The notes: generated from the letters alone by a model not told the origin. Counted from the stretch's first letter, positions 1 through 12,645 are shown. The stretch: 64,000 nucleotides of DNA from Octopus vulgaris (GCA_951406725.2 OX597817.1:1364001-1428000); one strand, 5' to 3'. Made by a program: numbers and translations.

Positions 1-546
1 CAACAACAACAATAACAACAAAAACAACAATTTATAGTAATAATATTAACAAAATCTGGAACCGAAAGGACGGAGTCAGCGATAACAGCTAGAATGATTA
101 CGATAGCAATGACGCCATCAACTACAACAACAATAACAACAACAACAACAACAATACAACAATAACAACAACAGCCAAATTGCACTCCAATATCCGTTCA
201 CCCTAACCGAGTGAGGAAGAAACTTCAACATGGCAGCTCGAACTGTTCGAAGTGACATCCAAAACCTTCCCATCCCCCGCTTCAATAAACACTCATCACT
301 GTTTAAAATGAGGACCACATGTTGAACTTAAGGACTGCCGTAATATAGGCGGGAAGCGCTCTACTTAAACATATGATGAATTTTAAAATCCAAACCGGAT
401 GTGGGACACCTTATATTTACACTAGGGTAGCCCGGCTTTCGTCCAGCTCAGTTTGTGTCGGTAGTGGTAAGCTATTGATGATCTGATTTCGGATTTTCGA
501 AAATTCCGCTGTCAAATATCGCCCAATGGCTTAGGAAAATTTTAAT

Positions 547-673
547 TTCGCGCCGAGGTCAATTTTGCCTTTTATCCTTTTGGGGTCGATAAATAAAGTA
601 CCAGTGAAACACTGGGGTCGATGTAATCGACTAGTCCTCTCCCGCAAATTTCAGGCCTTGTGCCTTAAGTAGA

Positions 674-748
<75 letters not shown>

Positions 749-1052
749 CATTATTATTATTATTAGAAGGTAGCACGTTGACAGAATCGTTAGCAAGCCG
801 GACAAAATACTTAGTGGTATTTCGCCCGTCGCTACGTTCTGAGTTCAAATTCCACTGAGGTCAATTTTGACTTTCATCCTTTCGGGGTTGATAAATTAAG
901 CACCAGTGAAACACTAGGGTCGATGTAATTGACCAATCCCCTCCTCCAAAATGGCTGTCCTTGTGGCAGAATTTGAAACCATTCTTCTTCTTCTTCTTCT
1001 TCTTCTTCTTCTTCTTCTTCTTCTTCTTCTTCTTCTTCTTCTTCTTCTTCTT

Positions 1053-1083
<31 letters not shown>

Positions 1084-1428
1084 ATATTATTATTATTATT
1101 AGAAGGTGACGAGCTGGCAGAATCATTAGCACACCGGACAAAATGTTTAGTGGAATTTTGTCTTTACGTTCTGAGTTCAAATTCCGCCGAGGTCGACTTT
1201 GCCTTTCACCCTTCAGGGTCATTAAAATAAGCACCAGTTAAGCACTGCAGGTGATGAAATAGACTTCTCCACCTCTTCAAAAATTGCTGGTCTTGTGCCA
1301 AAATAAGATAGGATTATTAGAAGGCAGCGAGCTGACAGAATCGTTTGTATTCCGGACAAAACGCTTAGCGGGATTTCTTCCTACTTTACGTTCTGAATAG
1401 AAATTCCGACTTTGCCATTCATCCTTTT
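547..1428 (+). mobile_element. Cluster of four Nin-domain-type tRNA-derived SINE copies (approx. 547-676, 768-982, 1103-1318, 1321-1428) separated by (TTA)n/(TTC)n
   Basis: Repeated consensus GGCGGCGAGCTGGCAGAATCGTTAGC...GAGTTCAAATTCCGCCGAGGTCGACTTTGCCTTTCATCCTTTCGGGGTCGATAAA..AGTACC. It has A/B-box-like motifs, and the central part resembles the Nin domain. Confidence 0.85.
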
Positions 1429-2059
1429 AAGGTCCATAAGATATAACTTCCCACAAAATATGAGACATGTGTTTTTGTATGATGAAGTGAGTGTAAGTTG
1501 ATTTTGCAGGAAGCAACTCTACTCTGAAGCTATAATTAATTAACCGCCTTAACATTTGATAAAAATATTTCACAGCAACGAAATGGCAAGACCTCCTCAA
1601 ACCATGAATAGACACACTATTTCTAAGGATAAATAAATTAATAAATAAAATATACTGATTAGATAGCCATGCTTTTAATGCCTTTCATTATAGTTGAGAG
1701 GAGGACCAAAATGATTAAAAGTCTTGCATAATTGTGCATGCTCATTTGTGAAGTAACTGCGCGCGAATATATCTACATATTTGTTTTGTGTATTTACATA
1801 TATACGTGTGTATGGCTTCCGGCTTTGTGTGCATGAGTCATTTAGTTTTGGAAACAAGTCGACTAGCTGGCAGAATCGTTAGAGCATCGGAAAAAATCTT
1901 AAGTGGTGATAAACTTACTGCATACAGTGCTCTGGTGCACTACAATTCATCAGGAAAGGTAGTCAAAAGTGCATGTGAAGTATGCAGAATGAAGCCCCAA
2001 AAGAAAGTTAACAGTGAATGACTCATAAAAACGAAACCTCGGATGTAGCGTTGGCGAAT

Positions 2060-2215
2060 TTCGGGAAGCATGGAAGTCCTGAAGGTTGTAGTGTCATGGC
2101 AACTGACATCTAATGCTGACATCTGATGCAGGTAGTTTATTCCATGTTTTGGCAATTCTGAGGGTGAAAAAATGTTTCCGAAAGTCATGAGTGATGTGCT
2201 GTTTTTTATTTATTT
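2060..2215 (-). mobile_element. CR1-type LINE 3' fragment
   Basis: Minus-strand translation RKHFFTLRIAKTWNKLP matches the CR1 ORF2 C-terminal motif (R..FF..RV...WN.LP). Confidence 0.65.
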
Positions 2216-2716
2216 TGTGAGCGCCCACGAATGGAATTTCAAAATGGTACTCAAGGCTGTTATTAGAAAGATGGGGAATAATCTTATGGGAGTCTACCAA
2301 GTCAGTTGCCAAACGTCGGGGCGTTAATGTGTCCATGCCCATAGAAGCAAGTCATTCGGAATATTTTAAAAAGAAATCGTTGCTTGACAATCAGTAGAGT
2401 GAGTGTCATGCAGTATTTAAATACAACTCTTGACATTCTGAGTTCAAATCCCATTTGGGCCTCCTTGCCTTTCACTCCTTTCAAGGCGAAAAAAAAAACT
2501 ATTCAAGTATCGAAGTTGATAGAATCGGTTATACCCCACTACAGAAATGACACCCATCACTAAATTGTTGGCCTTGTGCCGAAATTAAAAATCAATATCG
2601 GAAGCCAGTAGATGGTTGTATAACATGCTAGAAATAGCGACTAAATCTCATTACTCTACCCTTCAATGAAAATGCAAAAATGGTCACAACATTATCTTCA
2701 TTATTTATTAATACAA

Positions 2717-2932
2717 AGGCGGCGACCTTGCAGAATCGTTAGTGCACCGGGCAAAATGCTTAGCAACATTTCATCCGTCTTTACGTTCTGGGTTCAAATT
2801 TCGCCGGGGTTGACTTAGCCTTTCATCCTTTCGGGGTCGATAAAATAAGTACCAGTTGATCAACGGGGTCGATGAAATCGACATACCCACTCCTCTGAAC
2901 TTGCTGGCCTTGTACCAAAATTTGAAACCATT
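2717..2932 (+). mobile_element. Nin-domain-type SINE copy
   Basis: Full-length match to the SINE consensus at 768-982. Confidence 0.85.
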
Positions 2933-3907
2933 ATTAATTCTATGATGCGTGCAATTCAGGCAAATTGGTTTTTGAATTTTGTTTCACTTCTTTGACAGAA
3001 TATATTCTTAATTCCATGAAAACCCCATTTCTTTAAGTGCAGTTGGGTCACAAGGGTAAAGTAAAACACACAGAAGATTTTGTTTTTCTAGAATAAATGC
3101 ATTGTAGAAACCCTCTGAACCAATCGAGTGAGTCCGATTAAGGTTTTCAGTGCATGTGTAAGTATGGAAACGTTCTCATGCGTGACGAACATAACAGTAC
3201 ATCCGTCGTTTAGTCTAGGAAGGTTTGCCTATCTATTTATATATATATATCCGGAGTTTTGTACTCAAGCAGACATCACAATCCTGGATTACTATTCCGC
3301 TATTCTTTACGCTAATGACTTTTAAAAGATGCATTTTCTTTCTGGATACATGCGAATAATGACACTGTGTATCACTGTGTGTATGACATCAGGGTGGAGA
3401 CAGGGTGGGCTGGTGTAAGTTTTTACACTACATCGGTTGTAGTCAGTAGTCCTTTATAATGTCACTCCTTCACCATTTCCGTTCAATCGCCACTTATATC
3501 CGCACATTGTCATTCATGCATGTATATCATGTATATTTGTTCGCCGGGAATTATATATACTCACGTATGCGCGCGCACACACACACACACATATTCGTAC
3601 ACGCGCACATATACACACGAGAGAGAAAAAGAGAAGTGTAGTGAGCTGCACTAGCGATACGGACTTGTTACCCGTTAGACGTTTGCTGGGAAAAGCAAAT
3701 ATCTAACACACATCATCACACTCTTTATAATCTAAACGCCATAAGGATGATAGCACCGATTTCACATAATTGCTCTGGTATGTGCATGTACACATGTATG
3801 TATGTATGTATGTATGTATGTATGTATGTATGTATGTATGTATGTATGTGTGTGTGTGTATGTGTGTATGTATGTATGTATGTTTGTATGTGTGTGTGTG
3901 TGTCTGT

Positions 3908-3947
<40 letters not shown>

Positions 3948-4154
3948 AGGTTCGTGTATAATTATGTCTTTATAATGTATAAGTACATATCACGTGAACA
4001 TGTAGCCGAGTAGACTATCGGATATTCCTATACATCGCTAGTCACAATGTGCTTTGCATAGTTTTAGCTTTTGAATAATGCTACTCTGCTTGCTTGCTAG
4101 GCGTAAAGACATTATGAATATATGTGTGTATGTATGTGTGTGTATATGTATACA

Positions 4155-4223
<69 letters not shown>

Positions 4224-4228
<5 letters not shown>

Positions 4229-4715
4229 CAGAAAATAGAGAAAACCTCAGATTAACAAACACATTTATAGCTTATTTTTTAGTATAAAGCATAACATAAC
4301 AAGTAGGTGACGTAACATATCTTACGGCCGTTTCCGATCCATTGCCAAAATGCTGTCCATAAATAAATGGTCCGTAGGTAAAAGAGTGAGATAACTCTTT
4401 AACCTACAGCTCTCGTAGCCCCTAGATGGTAGATTATATGCTTTTAACATAATGGGTTTCTGGATTTTTTGTAGGCCATATTTTCTTCCCTTTGTTTATA
4501 TTGTATGCTCTTGTTTTTTTACATCCTATGAAGATGAAGAACTTTATTCTCGCTTTTATTTATAGATAGCATTTTGGCAACGGATCGGAAACGGCCGTAG
4601 GATATGTTACGTCACCTATTTGTTATGTCACGCTTTGTATATTTAAAAAATGGGCTATAAATGTGATCTAATCGATGTGTTTGTTAATCTGAGGTTTTCT
4701 CCATTTTCTGATTAT
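4224..4715. repeat. Imperfect inverted repeat (arms ~4224-4367 and ~4555-4715) next to (TA)n; possible inverted pLTR relic
   Basis: AATCAGAAAATAGAGAAAACCTCAGATTAACAAAC... is mirrored by ...GTTTGTTAATCTGAGGTTTTCTCCATTTTCTGATT. The right arm contains GAAA-CGGCCG-TA. Confidence 0.8.
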
Positions 4716-4934
4716 TTGTATTTGTTTCCTGCTAAACCCTTGCTTATCCTGTTGTTACCTGCACTCAACGTGCATAGTGTGCCTGCACACGAAATGCCCG
4801 GGATAACGCGAGTAACATATACCGATAGTATATACGGATATTTTATCCCTTAGTCGGTTATTATAACCGCTAACTCTGTTGTTTACACTATATATATCAA
4901 TATATACGTGTGTGTGTGTGTGTGTGTGTGTATA

Positions 4935-5093
4935 GTCGCTGGAGTGGGGGTGTGGTAAGAAGCTTGATTCCCAACCACATGGCTCCCTGTTCAAGCCGAC
5001 TGCGTGGCATCTTGGTCAAGTGTCTTCTTCTATAGCCTCGGGCCGACCAAAGCCATGTAAGTGGATTTGGTAGACGGAAACTGATAGAAGCCG
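4935..5093 (+). mobile_element. tRNA-derived SINE, second family (related copies ~26461-26595 +, ~26720-27125 +, ~28955-29115 +, ~60712-60870 -)
   Basis: Shared TGTGTGGTAAGAAGCTTG...CAAGTGTCTTCT..TATAGCCTCGGGCCGACCAAAGCC...GGTAGACGGAAAC motif. Confidence 0.75.
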
Positions 5094-5980
5094 AGTGAGG
5101 GTGTGGTTGTTACTTTCTGTTGCTTCCTTTCTGTTTCTTATCACCACATTCTCCCTCTTTGTTTCTCTCTCACTTTCCCGCTCTTTTACTCTTCCTTTCT
5201 TTCGGACTCTCTCTCGCTTTCTCTTACTCTCTATCTTTCTCTATCTATCTCTCTCCCACTTATAAAAAACAAAAGATCTTGAGTAAGTTGAGAAAGAAAA
5301 ATATTTTAAAAGATCAATCATAAATATCAGGCAGTGACAACGGAAAACACACTTGCCTTTTGTACGTGCCACTGTTTGAGCGATTAAAAATAAGGAAAAA
5401 AGAATTTCTTTGTTAAATTTAGTACTTATTTTGGGAATTTTTCGACGATTGACTATACAAATGAAAGCTCTAAACACGGGCTACATGCAGCTGTAAATTT
5501 CTTTCAGGAAAAATGAAAACTGTAAACAATAAAAATTAAAAGGCAAAAATTCGTAAAAATGAGAAATTTTTTCATCTTCAAAAGTTTTGCCTAATTTTTA
5601 AAATTTCGAACCCCAATTAAAAATCTGCTTCCACTTTACCATGTTGAAAATTTGATTGAAATCGGGCAAAAGGTGTCCAATCTAGACCTCCAAGTGTCCC
5701 CAATTAAAATTTAATATAAATTGTTCCCCAGAAAGTTTTTATTTCACGCTGGTTACTTGATAAAATTATTAAAGTAGTTTTATGCTTAATTTTGTAAAAT
5801 ATGTGGCTACTCGCTTTACTGCTTAGTATAGTTACGCGTTCGCCACCACAACCTCATTTACGCTTAGCAGCGCTTCCTGTTTCTGTTTTCACTGTCCTGT
5901 TTGTGTTACCAATATTGACCCTCCGTAAAATCTCAAATTTTATTTAATTTGCTTTGCGGTAGCAACTGTTTTATCGAATG

Positions 5981-6043
5981 CGCATGTTGTTGTTAAATGC
6001 TCGAAATACGAGACTAGAAAAATAGCCAACAACTGACGAAGCG
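5981..6043 (+). ncRNA. Rearranged hammerhead-like motif, copy A (degenerate; G at the cleavage position)
   Basis: CGCAT-G-TTGTTG..CTC-GAAA-TACG..CAACAA-CTGACGA-A-GCG; homologous to 21075-21136 and 50824-50884. Confidence 0.55.
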
Positions 6044-6175
6044 TCGTTTTTTATGTTGTTAGTTTTGTTTTCTATTTGTGTCTTTCGTTGTTCGAAAGAA
6101 TCGTTCACATTCCATGTACTCGTGATTCGTATTTATTGTTGTTGTACACGTTTCATGACGCCCTGTCCCCACATA

Positions 6176-6230
<55 letters not shown>

Positions 6231-6373
6231 ATCTGCATATATAAATTATTTATATTGAACGTTTGTTTTTTCCCCTTTTTTCGCTATCCTTTTTTTTCTA
6301 TTTTTTTCATACGATAATTTTTTTTTTTTGTTTTTTTTTGTTTTTTCGAACGTTTTTTTTTCGCTATCCCATC

Positions 6374-6826
6374 ATGCCGGATCCTAGGTCCTACCTCCTC
6401 ACCCTCCATCACCGTTTGAAGGATCATCTACGTTCGCTTCCTGTATATTGCCTTCAGCCGTCCGTTAATCTCTCTCTACTTCTTTTTAAAAAAACCCGCT
6501 TCTCTAGCCATGTCTCTTTCCTAAGCCGCTGCCTACATCACCGACTCATCCCTAAAGGTTTCCGCCTCCACTTCCACCCTGCTCTCCACTCGGATTCTTC
6601 CATCTTACCCATACTCCGCACCACATCTTACCGCCTTATGCGGGCCACCATTCGCTCCAATCTCTCCAAACTACATGCCATCAACCGCCTTCTTCCTCCT
6701 GCTTTCTCCACCTTCTTCTCCTCTCTGCCGCCTCTCTATGCTCCAAACACGCTACGCTTCATTATCCATTTGAATCAACTCTTCCATCAATTTCTTTCTG
6801 ATACCATCGCCATGTTGATTCGTTAG
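6374..6826 (+). pseudogene. N-terminal fragment of a Penelope-like element ORF (truncated before RT)
   Basis: ATG at 6374. HVSFLSRCLHHRLIPKGFRL resembles the H..FL..C....IPKG motif of PLE N-terminal domains. Flanked by two HHR-like modules. Confidence 0.65.
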
Positions 6827-6880
6827 CTACTGCACGCATTTTTTTCTCTCCTTCTTTCTGTGTTTTTCTCTCTCTGTGTA

Positions 6881-6918
6881 TCTTTCTGTTGAAGAGCGTA
6901 GGCTCGAAACGTTAAAGA
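6881..6918 (+). ncRNA. Minimal type I hammerhead-like motif (A6->U variant)
   Basis: TCTTT-CTGTTGA-A-GAGC(GTAG)GCTC-GAAA-CG-TT-AAAGA; same architecture as 57625-57660. Confidence 0.6.
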
Positions 6919-7941
6919 CTTGTTTTATTTATATTTCCTGAGCGCCATACTAATACAATTGTTTGTTTGTTTTCCACCTGCCTTCGTCTTTTGTTTATTT
7001 TCATAAAGCTTCCCGTTATATATATATATATATATATACGTATATATCCGTATGTCTGATTGTCTGTCCGTCTGTCTGTCTGTCTGTCTGCATGTATGAG
7101 TGTGTGTATGCGTGTATGTATTTAAGTATTCGAAAGATGTACCACGTAGTATTTTATCCAACGCCATAATGATTCTATCGGTCTGCCACCCTTAAGTGTG
7201 ATTATGAAAACGATTATTAACAGCTGTGTATAGTAACCTATGGCTCGACGAGGGAGCGTACCGAAGATTGGAAAAAACCCCACACAAAGTACGTGGACAG
7301 GCTCACCCTTCCTCAGTTGCCGACCAAAAATCATGACAATTTTGAGGCCTTATTGATAGTATTGTTTAATTAGGTGGCATCAGCTATCTGCTGGACTATG
7401 TATGGCACACCGAAACAAGAGGGAAAGGTGGGGGAGGGTCACTAAATAGAACGGTAAACCAGACGAGTAACTAAGAGAATGGAAAACTATATAAAACAGA
7501 AAAGTAATATATACGTTTTGATAAAATCAAACATTTAGATAAAGTGTAACAGAATAGCGTTAAACTGATGCGTTAATAAATGTTTATTATAATTGAAAAA
7601 TTGTTAATTGGAACAACTACTATTTGGATAAATTGTTTTCGACAGACTGCTTTAGATATTTGTATTTCAATCATCTATTTATGATCAACTGAACATTTGC
7701 CTACACAATATAGTATACTAGCTATAAATGTTTATTATAAGTTTCCCATGTTTTCAAATTAGGAAACAAGAACATTCCTTAATTCATCATTAATATTTCC
7801 AAATGTCCACGCTTTACTCTTCTACATAACGTGCTTAGTGTCTGGTACCAAACGGATTGATGTCTTTGATATTAACACAGGATTTGTATTTTTGATCACG
7901 TTTTTCAAAGCCTGTTTTCTAATAATTCTTCTCATATATAA

Positions 7942-8019
<78 letters not shown>

Positions 8020-8144
8020 GCACGCACACGCACACCCACACATACACGTACAAATAAATGTATATGTATGTATGTGTATATAAGCGTAATTGCACATCTG
8101 TATCTACACACATATATGTATACATATATATGAATATATGTATA

Positions 8145-9330
8145 CTAGCTGAAGGTGACCCGCTCTACGCGCGGTTAGAGTGTGGGTGTTACTTTCTGTT
8201 GCTTCCTTTCAGCACGTAAAAAGCACCATCCGAACGTGGCCGATTGCAGCACCGCCTTGACTTGCTTCTGTGCTGGTGGCACGTAAAAAGCACCAACCGA
8301 TCGTTGCCACTGCGAGCCCCCTGGCACCATTGCCGGCGGCACGAAAGAAGCACTCACTACACTCACAGTGTGGTTGGCGTTAGGAAGGTCATCCACCTGT
8401 AGAAATACTGCCAGATCAGACTGGAGCCTGGTGCAGCATCCTGGCTTCCGAGACCCCGGTCACACTGCCCAACCCGTGCTAGCACGGAAAACGGACGTCA
8501 AACGATGATGATGATGATGATTCTCCGTATTTGTTTCTCTCTCCTTTCTCTCTCACTTTCCCACTCTCTTACTTTTCTTTTCTCTCTGACTCTCCCTCGC
8601 TTTCTCTTACTCTCTATCTTTATCTATCTCTCTCCCATTTATAAACAACAGAAGATCTTGAGTAAGTTGAGAAATAAAATATTTAGAAAGATCAATCAGA
8701 AATATCAGGCAGTGGCAATGGAAAGGTCTGCTTCAAGGCAGACAGCAAAACGCTAACATTCAAAAGGGACAGACGAACTTGCGAGCTGAATAAAAATAAT
8801 AAAATATTGGAAACCAAAGTTTGAAGGGATAGAATTTGAGGATAGTAGAGTCACCATGGCTGGCATTTGTTAACGACGGACAGCAACGTAGTGACAGTTT
8901 AACGGCTGGCGTAAAATTTTGAACTTGATGTAAAAGAAAATTCGTAAACACCAAGTTTTGAAGTGATTCTTTCTCACGACAGTAGACTCACGATGGCAAG
9001 CATTCAAAACTTCTTTATCATGGACGGCAACACATTGACGATTAAAAGGCTGGCGCAAATTTTTTAGCTTGATGCAACAGAGAATTCCTAAACACCCGCT
9101 CTTTGAAATTATAATCCCCTTCCAGCCCCATTTAGACCCCTTTTCACATTTTGGTTAATATAACCCGATTTCATTCGGGTGTACTGGGGCCACATTTTAT
9201 AAGATGAGGAATTTTGTCCTAGAGGTCACGCCTTTCATTTGAGGAACAAAATAGTTGTGATGCAAACTTGTCAGCACCTTTAACATAGGTGTGCATATTT
9301 TCAGGTGAATCGACCAACTACGTAATGCAC
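8145..9330 (-). mobile_element. Non-autonomous Helitron-like element, 3' part (related sequence at ~5095-5345)
   Basis: The + strand reads A-CTAG followed by a GC hairpin (CCGCTCTACGCGCGG), i.e. a minus-strand hairpin-CTAG|T end. The body is shared with 5095-5345. The distal boundary is uncertain. Confidence 0.55.
8211..8520 (+). mobile_element. SINE 3' part with RTE-like tail ending in (GAT)n, inserted in the Helitron-like element
   Basis: Interrupts sequence that is contiguous in the 5095-5345 copy; contains GCACGTAAAAAGCACC-like repeats x3; ends GGAAAACGGACGTCAAACGATGATGATG. Confidence 0.6.
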
Positions 9331-9517
9331 ACATATATATATGTGTATATATATATATGTGTGTGTGTGTGTGCACGCATTATATATACAAATGTATACA
9401 AATGAGATATATATCTGTATAAATTAAATTAGAGATAAAACCACTAATAGGCAAATCAAACAGTGAAAAACCAAAAACAAAAACATAAAAAAAAGAAAAT
9501 ATAACATAGAAAATATA

Positions 9518-10532
9518 TCTATATATATAAAACTGTAGTTGTGTGAGTGTCTGTCCCCTTCGATTTAGATTCCTAACTACTCCCAAATTTTGCGGTGCAG
9601 TTTAACCAAATTCGGGTATCTTATAGTCGTGATTCATATCGAGCCCGTCTGGGTATTAGCGCGCGTCTACGATGAGTCTACGATTTTAAAAATTAATTTA
9701 ACATCATTTTTTATTCCATTTTAATGCATATTTTTTCGTGTGTCGATGGCGGCGGAGTTGGCGTCCACGCTCACGCCTGAACCTGTGTTGCTTCTCCCCC
9801 TTCTTCCCTCCCTCGTGAAGCTGTGGGGAAGGGAGTGTAAGGAAATCAACGTCGTAATGCGTTGTGAAGGAGACCAGCGTTCTTTTAGAACAACGACTTC
9901 ATGGCTTGAAGTCGCCAAAACAGAGATCGCTAAAAAAGCTGAAACAGATCCACAAAAACGGCAAAAACCGCCACACAGGGCAGGTTTCCTGTGCAAACAA
10001 TTTGCACAACCGAATGTTTTAGTTGTTGCACAAATCTTTATATATAAAAGTAAGGTTGTGTGTCTGTCTCCTACGATTTAGATTCCTAACTACTCCCACA
10101 TTTTGCGGTACAGTGTAACCAAAACCGGGTATCTTATAGTCGTGATTCATATCGAGCCCTTCTGGGTATTAGCGCGCGTCTACGATGAGTCTACGATAAA
10201 AAAAAAATTACCATCATTTTTTATTCCATTTTAATGGATTTTTCGCTATTATATAAGGGAAGTAACTCTCTAAAAATGTCTACGATGAGTCAACGATTAA
10301 AAAAAATTACCATCATTTTTTTATTCCATTTTAATGCATTTTTCGCTATTATATAAGGGAAGTAACTCTCTAAAAATGTCTACGATGAGTCAACGATTTA
10401 AAAAAGAAATTACTATCATTTTTTATTCCATCTTTAATGCATTTTTTGCTACTTTTTTTGCTATAACTCACTAAAAATGTTTATATAGTTATTTCCCTTA
10501 CAAACCCGAGCAACACCGGGCGATACTGCTAG
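9518..10532 (+). mobile_element. Non-autonomous Helitron with duplicated 5' end (second A|TC start at 10035) and ~100-bp internal tandem repeats (~10178-10445)
   Basis: Starts A|TCTATATATATAAAAC; ends CCCG-AGCAACAC-CGGG-CGATACTG-CTAG|T; inserted between A and T with no TSD. Confidence 0.8.
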
Positions 10533-10679
10533 TAAAATATAAAATTGAAAACTTTAAATTATTTAAATTGAAAATAAAAATTATTAAATTATATTTATAA
10601 TTTGTTTAAAAATATATATAACTATGAAAAAGTATGAAAAAGTTTAATATACATAAATACAGATATATACACTTTGTAT

Positions 10680-10845
10680 ATATACATTATATATACATAT
10701 TTATATATAGAACACACACACACACATACATTATATATACATATTTATATATAGAACACACACACACACATACATTATATATACATATTTATATATAGAA
10801 CACACACACACACACATACATTATATACATATATATATATATAGA

Positions 10846-10875
<30 letters not shown>
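10680..10875. repeat. Minisatellite of ~45 bp x4 (ATACATTATATATACATATTTATATATAGAACACACACAC)
   Basis: Direct tandem repetition. Confidence 0.85.
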
Positions 10876-10876
<1 letters not shown>

Positions 10877-10899
10877 AATGAACGCAAGAATATCTGATT

Positions 10900-11281
10900 C
10901 ATAATATTTGTTCTCATGCTGGTGTGTTGATTGTTGGTGACAGACATATACTTAAAAGAACGCCGCCGAAGTGATAGGAAGGTAGGAAACAGTGTCAGTG
11001 AAAAAGAAAGGAAATAGCGATAGTGACAGATACTTTAAATAACCGTAGTGGACTTCTGAAAGTTATGAAGAGGAGTGACAGAGTACTGGAGGAAATAGGG
11101 TGAGGTAGGAAGATGGCCCCTAGCAACCACACCTTTTAAGATAGGGATTTCTAAGGTAGCCCACGCGCATCGTCACCTCATTCTACATGTCCCTGTAAAT
11201 TTTGGAGCGAATCGGACGGGATGTAGTGGCATTGAAAGCGATCCAAGCGGTAAAAACGCATTTCAGTTTTATATATAGAGA
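10900..11281 (-). mobile_element. Helitron-like 5' end fragment
   Basis: Minus strand starts A|TCTCTATATATAAAACTG, nearly the same terminus as at 61615 and 9518. Confidence 0.5.
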
Positions 11282-11516
11282 TATGTATATACATAAACCT
11301 GATTCCTTAGACCACTCAGCCATCTAGCCATATCTATATGTGTGTGTGTGTATGTGTGTGTGTATGTGTGTGTATGTGTGTGTGTATGCGTGTCTGTTCA
11401 AATGGGAGACAATTACACTGATGAATGTAGACAGATATCTTAATTGATTTAATTCTCCTTTGATGCCTGGTTTCTACCATAATCAATTTTTGTACCTGCG
11501 TGATCCATAACATATT

Positions 11517-12128
11517 CTTTCCAAGTCTAGGCACTAGGCCCAACATTTTGGGGGAGGGGGCCAGTCGATTAGACCGACCGTAGTATGCAACTGGTACTCA
11601 ATTTACCAACCCCGAAGGTATGAAAGGCAGAGTCGACCTCGGATTTTCAACTCAGAACATAATGATAGACGAAATACCTATTCCTTTCCCACCCACAAGG
11701 GGCTAAACACAGAGAGGACAAGCAAGGACAGACAAACGGATTAAGTCGATTATATTGACCCCATTGCGTAACTGGTACTTATTTAATCGACCCCGAAAGG
11801 ATGAAGGGCAAAGTCGACCTCGGCGGAATTTTAACTCAGAACGTAGCGGTAGAAGAAATACCGCTAAGCATTTTGTCCGGCGTGCTAACGTTTCTTGCTT
11901 CTTTATTGCCCACAATGGGCTAAATATAGAGGGGACAAACAAGGACAAACGAAGGGATTAAGTCGATTACATCGACCCCAGTGCGTAACGGGTACTTAAT
12001 TTATCGATCCCGAAAGGATGAAAAGTAAAATCGACCTCGGTGGAATTTGAACCCAGAACGCAAAGATAGACTAAATACCGCTAAGCATTTTGCCCGGTGT
12101 GCTAACGTTTCTGCCAGCTCGGCGCCTT
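11517..12128 (-). mobile_element. Three tandem Nin-domain-type SINE copies
   Basis: Reverse complement of the SINE consensus three times (CCCCGAAAGGATGAAAGGCAAAGTCGACCTCGGCGGAATTT). Confidence 0.85.
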
Positions 12129-12445
12129 CTGATCCATAACATATTACAAGAGCTGTGTCCCGTGATGATTCACGAAAGGGTATATGCGCCTCGTGTCCCT
12201 TACCATTTGCATAGTTATCACAGTATATATAGGCATATGTGGGTCTGTCATGTGAGTACTTAAGACAGGGAGGAGGGTGTAGGTACTTTAATTGTGGCAC
12301 TGCTTAATGTGAAGAGACCAAAAGATTCCTGACGCTATTTTCAGGTGCAGATGGACGCCGTATGTGCCGGAAGTTGTCGTATTTTAAGGCAACGCCAGTT
12401 AAAGGGCAGCAGATCTTATCCTCGAAGTTATTCACAATGTGTATT

Positions 12446-12453
12446 TCTCTAAC

Positions 12454-12525
<72 letters not shown>

Positions 12526-12553
12526 CCTGTCTGTCCGTCTGTCTGTCTATCTG

Positions 12554-12613
<60 letters not shown>

Positions 12614-12645
12614 CCTGTCTGTCCGTCTGTCTGTCTGTCTATCTG

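Noticed and set aside
8211-8355. GCACGTAAAAAGCACC repeats with variable spacers (CRISPR-like look)
   Set aside because: Three short degenerate repeats inside a eukaryotic SINE, with no cas genes.
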